From the IMG/VR virus record IMGVR_UViG_3300045988_117710: 64,000 nt of DNA. One strand, written 5' to 3'. Shown here in pieces: positions 37,685 to 44,746 of this stretch. This DNA comes from a virus. The notes beneath the pieces were generated by a model. That model ran no database searches and was not told the origin of the DNA. It saw only the letters and a program-made list of their open reading frames with translations. A program made the position numbers and the translations under genes. The first letter of the stretch is position 1. Each line of letters begins with the position of its first letter.

Positions 37685-38146
37685 ATGGAGAAGATTGCAA
37701 GTTTTACTGTAGATCATACAGTTTTGTTACCTGGAGTGTATATTAGTAGGGTTGATGAAGATATTGTTACTTATGATATTAGAATTAAGCGACCTAATAC
37801 TGATGATTTGATGTCTAATGAGGAGATGCATTCGGTTGAGCATTTATTGGCTACGGCATTGAGGAATTCTTATCTTAAGGATGATGTTATTTACTTTGGT
37901 CCTATGGGTTGCCAAACGGGTTATTATTGTCTTATGAGAGTGGATTCTGGGTTTAATTTTATGAAGTTTCTGAAGGATGTTATGATTTATGCTCTTTCTT
38001 TTGATTCTATGCCAGGTCAATCTGCTGTTGAGTGTGGTAATTATAAGAATTTAGATTTAGAATTAGGTAAGTCTTGTATTAAGAATTACTTGAATTTACT
38101 TGATTCTTTTGAGGATATTTGTGAATATCCAAAGAAACTTGATTAA
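37685..38146 (+). CDS. luxS: S-ribosylhomocysteine lyase (LuxS) homolog
   Basis: SFTVDHT matches the LuxS N-terminus. Metal-binding HxxEH is present as HSVEH. The catalytic-Cys context GPMGCQTGYY matches SPMGCRTGFY. CGNY matches CGTY. 153 aa. Confidence 0.8.
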   Translation: MEKIASFTVDHTVLLPGVYISRVDEDIVTYDIRIKRPNTDDLMSNEEMHSVEHLLATALRNSYLKDDVIYFGPMGCQTGYYCLMRVDSGFNFMKFLKDVMIYALSFDSMPGQSAVECGNYKNLDLELGKSCIKNYLNLLDSFEDICEYPKKLD

Positions 38147-38173
38147 GTTATCAGTTTAAGATTAATTTATTTT

Positions 38174-38190
38174 ATATTAATATAGTAGAT
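38174..38190 (+). promoter_or_regulatory. class-B promoter-like motif TATATTAATATAGTAGA
   Basis: Upstream of the strongly RBS-ed gene at 38214. Confidence 0.35.
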
Positions 38191-38213
38191 TTTAGTATTT
38201 AAAAGGAGAATTT

Positions 38214-38663
38214 ATGGCTGTTAGAACAGGTATCGCTACAAGCGAAACTATTAAAGAAACTCTTGAAAATGCAGGAGTTGAATTATCTTATGGAGCTACT
38301 GCCGAAACTTGGAAAGAAGCATTAACTACTATTAGTGGTACAGATACTACTATTGCTCCTAGAGAAGTTGAAGGTGTTACTGGTTTCATGAGTACTAACG
38401 AAACAGTTTTAAAAACTTTTAATAATGAAGTTTCTGGTTCAGCATTCACTGTTGATTTAGTTTTCATTAAAGATGGTAAAGCTGTTGAAGTTGAAAATCC
38501 TACATTAGGTGGTCAAGTAGGAGTTAAAGAAGATGACCATTATGAATTTGCAAATATTAGTGCAGAACTAGTTGATGCAGAATTAACATTTAGTTTCGAT
38601 GGAGAAGATTATAGCTTAACTAAATCTTATTCAACATTTACTGATGATATTGTAATATTATAA
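38214..38663 (+). CDS. probable abundant virion structural protein (function unknown)
   Basis: Strong RBS AAAAGGAGAA. Ala/Thr/Gly/Val-rich 149-aa protein behind a late-type motif. Confidence 0.45.
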   Translation: MAVRTGIATSETIKETLENAGVELSYGATAETWKEALTTISGTDTTIAPREVEGVTGFMSTNETVLKTFNNEVSGSAFTVDLVFIKDGKAVEVENPTLGGQVGVKEDDHYEFANISAELVDAELTFSFDGEDYSLTKSYSTFTDDIVIL

Positions 38664-38683
38664 TTTAATAGAAGGAGGAAAAT

Positions 38684-40336
38684 ATGAATAATTTTTATGA
38701 TTCAATTGATAAAGTAGATTTCACTTCTATTTTTGAGGAAGACAACAATATTTCTCTTGATGATGTAAAGTTTTGTAAAAATTGTTTTAATGAGTTTAGT
38801 GGCGAAGGTGACATATGTCCATCTTGTAGCAAACTAAATGAAGAAATTCCTGCAGAAACAAAATTGATTCTAGATGCAGTTAGAGAATTTGAAAACCAAT
38901 TACCAATGTTTGGTTATTCAGATCCTACTGAACTTAGTTATGAAGAACAAGAAGAACTTCTTACTGATACAATGAATTTTGTATATGGTGAAAACAATTG
39001 GTCAAAGAAAGAATTCAATGATGTTGCTAGAGAGTTAGGAATTCCTGGAATCATTAAAGAGAATGTAGAAGAAGATATTTCTGATTTACAATCTGCTTTA
39101 TCTGAACTTAAACAAGGTATTGAAGGTTTAGAAAAGACTGATGATGTTTCTGATGAAGATACTTTCGAGTTCAGAGGACAAAAGTATACTAAAGAGAAAG
39201 CACAAAAGGAAATCGACAAGATTGAGAAAGATTTAGATAATCTTAATCAAGAAAAGGTTGATGACTTAGATAATGCATTCAATGATAATACAATCACTGA
39301 ACCTGTTGCTTCTGAACCTGTTGAGGAACCTGCTGCACCTGAACCAGTTGAAGTTGTAGATGGTGTTATTGATCCAACTAATGGTGATGCTGGTCAAGCT
39401 ACTGATGTTGATGTTATTGATGGTGTTGATCCATTAAGTGATATTGAATTAGCTGCTGAAGAACCTAAGGAAGAACCTAAAGAAGATACTGAAGATTCTA
39501 AAGAAGATTCTAAAGAAGATGAAGGTTTAAATGAAGCAATTCAAGCCCATGTAACAGTTGATAATATTGACCAAGAATCTAAAGACAAAGCAACTATTGA
39601 AAAGGCAATTGCTTTAGCTGGTGATAAGAATGTTATCGATAATGATACTTTCAGAGCTTTACGTTTAGCTCTTGCTAATAAAGATTATGACTTAATTGAT
39701 AGACTTAAAGATTATGCATTAGTTCGTGGTGAAGATGTAGTTTACACTTGGTTACGTGCTGAAGATTCTAATCTTAAGGAATCTGCTAGTAGCAAGAAGT
39801 TCTGCTTAGTTGAAGGTGTTGATTGTGGTACTTGTAAAGAAGAAGTTCTTGAAGAACCTGAAGATGATGAAGTTGTTGAAGATGGTGCTTTACAAGTTGA
39901 TGATGTTCCTGCCAAGGTTGATCAAGGTAAACCTGGTAAACGTCTTGAATTAGCAAGACTTGAAAATGAAGGTGTTGTTTCTTACAGAGTTTCTTATCTT
40001 AAAGAAGATGATGAAATTATGGGTTGGGATATAGAAGCTGATTCTGATGAAGAAGCTTTAGATGCCTTAGACAAGTTTGATGCTGCAAGTGATACAATAG
40101 ATGGTGTTTCTAATTTAGAGTTTAATGATACTCCTATTGCTGGAATTAGTTCTACAAGTTACAATGGTGTTGATTTAGCATTATCTACTGCTGAAGATGG
40201 AAACGCTTTATTAACTATTACTACTCAAGAAGGAATTCCTGTACTTTTAAAAGGTGAAAACCTAGACGATATATTGACTAAGTTAATTTATTGGTTTATA
40301 ATGGGTGCAGAGAGTACTTGCAAGGAGGTAATGTAA
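38684..40336 (+). CDS. acidic protein with N-terminal zinc ribbon and Pro/Glu-rich linkers
   Basis: CKNCFNE...CPSC, EPVEEPAAPEPVE and KEEPKEDTEDSKEDSKEDEG. Confidence 0.5.
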   Translation: MNNFYDSIDKVDFTSIFEEDNNISLDDVKFCKNCFNEFSGEGDICPSCSKLNEEIPAETKLILDAVREFENQLPMFGYSDPTELSYEEQEELLTDTMNFVYGENNWSKKEFNDVARELGIPGIIKENVEEDISDLQSALSELKQGIEGLEKTDDVSDEDTFEFRGQKYTKEKAQKEIDKIEKDLDNLNQEKVDDLDNAFNDNTITEPVASEPVEEPAAPEPVEVVDGVIDPTNGDAGQATDVDVIDGVDPLSDIELAAEEPKEEPKEDTEDSKEDSKEDEGLNEAIQAHVTVDNIDQESKDKATIEKAIALAGDKNVIDNDTFRALRLALANKDYDLIDRLKDYALVRGEDVVYTWLRAEDSNLKESASSKKFCLVEGVDCGTCKEEVLEEPEDDEVVEDGALQVDDVPAKVDQGKPGKRLELARLENEGVVSYRVSYLKEDDEIMGWDIEADSDEEALDALDKFDAASDTIDGVSNLEFNDTPIAGISSTSYNGVDLALSTAEDGNALLTITTQEGIPVLLKGENLDDILTKLIYWFIMGAESTCKEVM

Positions 40337-42288
40337 TGAAAGTTAAAGTAAATAAACTTGTTAAGGAAGCTGACATCGCTGTTGATACAAATTTAATAGA
40401 TATGGGTGAAGGTTCTAGTTTTATTACTGGAACCGAAGCTCTTACTAAACTTAAATCTTTAGAAGTTGGTATGCCTGTAGTTGTTAAGTGGGGTACTGAA
40501 AGTAATTCACCTGCTAAACAATCTATTTTTGTTGGTATTGCTGAAGGTCCTTATGGAAACGTTTTCGATTTCTATGATGGTGAAGGTGTTACTGGTATTT
40601 CTTCTGCTTCTGAAGGATTTATTAAGAATGGTAAGGTGTCATTTGATTTTGATAATAATGACGCTACTGAAGTTACTAGATTAACTAATGAAGTTAAGAG
40701 TCAATCAGGAATAGTTGAAGAATCTGCTGAAGGTTCTGAAAAGACTTTCTCTCAATGGTTTGATGAAACTTATCCAGAAACTCATGATGTTAGTAGTGGT
40801 GAATTCTATCCATTTACTAATTATATTAAAGCATTTCCAAATGCTGCTTGTCTTAAAGATGCAACTGCTAAAGACATAAGAGCAAATGCTAGTAAGTTCT
40901 ATGATGTTTATGATGTAGACTCTGATGATAGAGAATATGCATTTATTTTTGCTAGTGAAGAACTAGGTATAGATTATGATGAATTATACTATGCTTGGTT
41001 ACATGGTGAAGATTCTGAATCTCTTAATGAAGGTGAAGCTTTCTATAAGATTCCAGAAGATTTACAAAAGATTATTGATGGTTTCTCTACTAATGTAGAT
41101 GATCCTATGTATGATAATGGTTATGAAGTTCCAGATGAACTTTTAGATCTTGCAAATAATCCACCTAAGAATATGAGAGTTAAAGATTGGATGAGAATTA
41201 TAGCTCCATTTGAATATCAATTAGATCGTATTCCATCAGATATTACTTTCGAAAACCTATATAATGGTATTGATGATGGATTCTTAACTAATATTGATTC
41301 TGATCCTAGAAATGAAGTTTTAGATAAGCTTTATGATATCTATGATTTAGATAAGGATAAAGAATTAGCCAATAAGATTTGGACTAGTTTAGGATTTGAA
41401 AGATGGTTTGAATCTGAAGAACCTAAAGTTTCTGAAACTGCAGTTGAAAGTAGATTATTAGATTTAGTTAAAACTGTTAATTCAGAGTATTCTTTAGACA
41501 ATGTTCAATTATATACTACTGATAAAGGTAATTATAATATTAGAACTAAAGCTGATGAATCTAATCCAATTGGTAAGGATATTGTTACAGTTTCTTATAG
41601 TGCTTTAATTAAAGATGAAGATGATGAAATTGCTTTACGTGATTTAGGTTACTTTGATGATTATATTAATAATATGATTAATGGTTCTGAAGGATTAACT
41701 GAAAGTGTTATTCCTGCTAGTAACTTAGATTTTGCTCATCAAGAGTTAGCAATTATTCAAAGTGAGATTGAAAAGATTGCTGGTCTTAAGTCTGAAGATA
41801 CTGCAAATGATTTATATACTGATTTACTTGAAGTATTAGACAAAGCTGTTGAAGTTCTATCTGACCATATAGCAGAACAACCTATAGGAACTGTTGTTGG
41901 TGATGAACCAGCTCCTACTCCTGTAGAACCAACTCCAGAATTACCAATGGATATGCCTATGGGTGAATCTGAAACTCTTACTGAGGATGAAGATACTTTA
42001 GAGGCAATGTGGACTGCTGTATGTAGTGGTGATGCTGATACTATTAAGAGTATGTATGATAATGGTGTAATTCAACCAAACACTAGATATGAACGTTTTG
42101 GACATAATAATTCATTTATAATGGGTGCTTTAAGAAATGGTGATTTTGATACTGCAGAGTTATTAAAGAACTACGGTGAAACTATTTTAAAAGCAGAGTT
42201 AGATGAATATAAGTCAATTATGGCAAAGCGTAATTATGAAGATGAAACTACTAAGTCAGCATTAGATGAAAATAAGAGTGCTGAATAA
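40336..42288 (+). CDS. large hypothetical virion-associated protein with possible C-terminal ankyrin-like repeats
   Basis: Start ATG 40336 overlaps the upstream TAA. C-terminus (GHNNSFIMGALRNGDFDTAELLKNYG) resembles an ankyrin repeat. PT-rich linker EPAPTPVEPTPELP. Confidence 0.45.
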   Translation: MKVKVNKLVKEADIAVDTNLIDMGEGSSFITGTEALTKLKSLEVGMPVVVKWGTESNSPAKQSIFVGIAEGPYGNVFDFYDGEGVTGISSASEGFIKNGKVSFDFDNNDATEVTRLTNEVKSQSGIVEESAEGSEKTFSQWFDETYPETHDVSSGEFYPFTNYIKAFPNAACLKDATAKDIRANASKFYDVYDVDSDDREYAFIFASEELGIDYDELYYAWLHGEDSESLNEGEAFYKIPEDLQKIIDGFSTNVDDPMYDNGYEVPDELLDLANNPPKNMRVKDWMRIIAPFEYQLDRIPSDITFENLYNGIDDGFLTNIDSDPRNEVLDKLYDIYDLDKDKELANKIWTSLGFERWFESEEPKVSETAVESRLLDLVKTVNSEYSLDNVQLYTTDKGNYNIRTKADESNPIGKDIVTVSYSALIKDEDDEIALRDLGYFDDYINNMINGSEGLTESVIPASNLDFAHQELAIIQSEIEKIAGLKSEDTANDLYTDLLEVLDKAVEVLSDHIAEQPIGTVVGDEPAPTPVEPTPELPMDMPMGESETLTEDEDTLEAMWTAVCSGDADTIKSMYDNGVIQPNTRYERFGHNNSFIMGALRNGDFDTAELLKNYGETILKAELDEYKSIMAKRNYEDETTKSALDENKSAE

Positions 42289-42298
42289 TAGATTTTAC

Positions 42299-42306
42299 TA
42301 TATATT
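42299..42306 (+). promoter_or_regulatory. class-B promoter-like motif TATATATT(AGTATAGAA)
   Basis: 18 nt before the RBS AAGGAG of the gene at 42331. Confidence 0.4.
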
Positions 42307-42330
42307 AGTATAGAATATAAGGAGATTGAA

Positions 42331-42585
42331 ATGTTTAGTTTAGACGTAATGAAAGCTGAAATTTTAGAAGTTATCAAAGAAGTTAATCCTGAAACAGTTG
42401 TAACTGAAGCTGATATCACAGTTGATTTTACAAGAAATGTATTCGAAGTTACTATTGCTAACTTAGATGTTGAAACAAAGACATTCTTTGTTAGAGGTTC
42501 TGATGTTATCGGAAGATATGTAGTTAGAACTATTGGATTTATAGCTCCAACTGAAGAAGGATTTGTTACTTTCTTTAGAGGGTAA
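42331..42585 (+). CDS. hypothetical protein
   Basis: 84 aa. Confidence 0.45.
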   Translation: MFSLDVMKAEILEVIKEVNPETVVTEADITVDFTRNVFEVTIANLDVETKTFFVRGSDVIGRYVVRTIGFIAPTEEGFVTFFRG

Positions 42586-42605
42586 TTACTAATTAGTCTT
42601 TCTTA

Positions 42606-42632
42606 AGAGTCACATATGTGGCTCTTTTTATA
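42606..42632. terminator. intrinsic terminator
   Basis: agagtcacat/atgtggctct stem (one G-U pair), then T5. Confidence 0.6.
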
Positions 42633-42636
42633 TATT
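42629..42636 (+). promoter_or_regulatory. class-B promoter-like motif TATATATT(AGAATAGTT)
   Basis: Overlaps the terminator T-tract, upstream of the lysis operon. Confidence 0.4.
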
Positions 42637-42664
42637 AGAATAGTTTAGATATGAAAGGATTTTT

Positions 42665-42841
42665 ATGGCAAAGAAAAAGAAGAACTTAGTAGATAAAGTT
42701 AAAGAAGCTTTTTCTAAAGAAGTTAAGGAAGAAGTAGAAGTTGTTGATGAGGTTGAAGAATTAGAACCTGAATTACGTTCTGCTGATTTTGGTATTCCTG
42801 CTGAAGATGAAGAGTTAGTTGTTTTAGAAGATGAGGAGTAG
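42665..42841 (+). CDS. small acidic protein (58 aa), not in the ORF track
   Basis: ATG 42665 after GAAAGGA. Translation MAKKKKNLVDKVKEAFSKEVKEEVEVVDEVEELEPELRSADFGIPAEDEELVVLEDEE. Stop lies 2 nt before the endolysin start. No TM helix, so probably not a holin. Confidence 0.35.
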   Translation: MAKKKKNLVDKVKEAFSKEVKEEVEVVDEVEELEPELRSADFGIPAEDEELVVLEDEE

Positions 42842-42843
42842 AG

Positions 42844-43803
42844 ATGAAAGTATTTGGTATTGATATAAGTACTTGGCAAAAGAATTATCCTTATGATAAA
42901 GCAAATAAGGAAGGTGTTAAGTTTGCTATTTTAAGAGCTGGGTTTTCTAGAACTAAAGACAATCAATTTGAAACACATTATTCTAATGCTAAAAGATTAG
43001 GATGGGGTGTTGGAGCTTATTGGTATATGTATGCTACTACTGTAGATGCTGCTAAAGCCGAAGCACAAGCTTTCCTAAATGCAATCAAAGGTAAACAATT
43101 TGATTATCCTGTTTATTTGGATATTGAAGATAAGACAGTTAGAGCAACAGGTAAGACTAACTGTAATAATATGATTAGAGCTTTCGGTGAAATTATTGAA
43201 GGTGCTGGTTATTATTTTGGTGTTTATACTAACTTAGATTGGTATAGAAATGTTATTAGTGGTGCTGAGTTAAATAAGAAATATGATTGGTGGATTGCTT
43301 GTTGGTCAACAGGAGCTCCTAAAGGAGTTAATTATGGTTTATGGCAATTTGGTGGTGAAACTAATTATATTAGAAGTAATAAAGTTGCTGGTGTAGTAAC
43401 TGACCAAAACTATGCAGTTAAGGATTATCCTTCTATTATTAAAGGTTTAGGTCTTAATGGATATCCAAAACCTGAACCAACTCCAGTTGTTCCAGAACCT
43501 GAACCAACTCCAGTTGTGCCAGAGCCAACTCCAGTTGTTCCTGAACCAGAACCTAAGCCAGAACCAACTCCAACTCCTGCACCTGTTGTTAAGAAGATTG
43601 GTGTAGGTGATACTGTTGTAGTTAATGGTGTTGGTAGATCTACTTCTTATGGAGAAGGAAATCATACTAGAAATTATACTAATCATACTGCTAAAGTTAT
43701 TTATGTAAGAGAAGGTCGTTCTCATCCATATGCTCTTAATTGTAACAACAATATGAATGGAGTTACTGGATGGTTTAAAGCGAATGATGTAACTAAGATT
43801 TAG
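42844..43803 (+). CDS. endolysin: GH25 muramidase, Pro/Thr linker, SH3b-like cell-wall-binding domain
   Basis: GH25 N-terminus MKVFGIDISTWQK...GVKFAILRAGFS...GAYWY. Linker (PEPTPVVPE)n. C-terminal KIGVGDTVVVNGVGRSTSYG...GWFKANDV resembles SH3b. Confidence 0.8.
   Translation: MKVFGIDISTWQKNYPYDKANKEGVKFAILRAGFSRTKDNQFETHYSNAKRLGWGVGAYWYMYATTVDAAKAEAQAFLNAIKGKQFDYPVYLDIEDKTVRATGKTNCNNMIRAFGEIIEGAGYYFGVYTNLDWYRNVISGAELNKKYDWWIACWSTGAPKGVNYGLWQFGGETNYIRSNKVAGVVTDQNYAVKDYPSIIKGLGLNGYPKPEPTPVVPEPEPTPVVPEPTPVVPEPEPKPEPTPTPAPVVKKIGVGDTVVVNGVGRSTSYGEGNHTRNYTNHTAKVIYVREGRSHPYALNCNNNMNGVTGWFKANDVTKI
43471..43591 (+). repeat. imperfect tandem repeats encoding the PEPTPVVPEPEP linker
   Basis: cctgaaccaactccagttgttccagaa units repeated. 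Confidence 0.65.
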
Positions 43804-43827
43804 TCATTTTGTTATATATTACTATGA

Positions 43828-43917
43828 GTGATACTTCGGTATTGCTCTAGGACTACCTCCTTTCTGTGGTGTGTTTTTCACACGAAGAAGAGCTGTTTAT
43901 CAGTTCTTCTTTTTTGT
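43828..43917 (+). ncRNA. candidate small RNA: a class-B motif drives about 90 nt ending at an intrinsic terminator, with a 16S-3'-end-like CCUCCUUUCU core
   Basis: TATATATT at 43813-43820 directly after the lysin stop. Contains tacctcctttct (43854-43865) and the small hairpin gtgtg-ttttt-cacac. Ends at terminator 43884-43917. No ORF. Confidence 0.2.
43884..43917. terminator. intrinsic terminator
   Basis: 11-bp stem aagaagagctg/cagttcttctt with loop tttat, then T6. Confidence 0.65.
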
Positions 43918-43925
43918 TATATATT
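43918..43925 (+). promoter_or_regulatory. class-B promoter-like motif TATATATT(TAATTAGTATAGAA)
   Basis: Upstream of the phosphoesterase gene. Confidence 0.4.
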
Positions 43926-43949
43926 TAATTAGTATAGAAAGAAGATGGT

Positions 43950-44735
43950 ATGCAATATTTTGTTTGTTCAGATACTCATGGTTATCATTTAGAGTTTCTT
44001 TCTGGGTTATATGCTAGTGGGTTCGATGTTAATAATGACAATCACAAGTTAATTGTTTGTGGTGATATTTGTGATGGTGGTATCTGGTTTAAGGAGCATT
44101 TGTTGTTCCTATATGATTTGTGGAAGAATTGTAAAGCAATTATTCTTCATGGCAATCATGATTATATTTTGATAGGTTTTCTTAAGAATTTATATTCTTA
44201 TGATCATTTTCTTAATGATAGGTTAGAAGAGACTTTGAGTAGTTTATTAGATTTTGAGTTTTCTTTTGAAGTTTTCAAGAGAGGTTTCACTAATAAGAGT
44301 GATTCTGAAATATTCAGTATTTGGCAAAGTATTGTAGCAAAGAAGATTAAGAAGAAGTATCCATTTCTTCTTAAGTTTTTATCAGGATTGCCACATTACT
44401 TTGAAACAGAGCATTATATCTTTACTCATGGTGCAATTGATTATCAATGTTCTGATTGGCATAATCCTACTATTCAAGGTAATAAGTGTTATGGTTGGGT
44501 TGCTCTTCATTTTGTAGGCCCTGATTATTATCGTACATTTATAAATAGTACGGGTAAGACATTGGTTGTTGGACATTTGAATGCAGATTTGATGAGATTT
44601 CATTTAGAAGGTATTGCTTCAAATGGTGTATATCAACAAAATAGTATATATTATAATGAGTTTTTAGATGTTTATTTTCTTGATGCTCTAACTTCCTATA
44701 GTAGGAGAGTAAACTTTTTAGTATTAAATGATTAG
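43950..44735 (+). CDS. calcineurin-like metallophosphoesterase (Ser/Thr phosphatase / ApaH-like)
   Basis: Motifs DTHG, GDICDGG and GNHD. Confidence 0.65.
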   Translation: MQYFVCSDTHGYHLEFLSGLYASGFDVNNDNHKLIVCGDICDGGIWFKEHLLFLYDLWKNCKAIILHGNHDYILIGFLKNLYSYDHFLNDRLEETLSSLLDFEFSFEVFKRGFTNKSDSEIFSIWQSIVAKKIKKKYPFLLKFLSGLPHYFETEHYIFTHGAIDYQCSDWHNPTIQGNKCYGWVALHFVGPDYYRTFINSTGKTLVVGHLNADLMRFHLEGIASNGVYQQNSIYYNEFLDVYFLDALTSYSRRVNFLVLND

Positions 44736-44746
44736 GAGGAGTTAGT

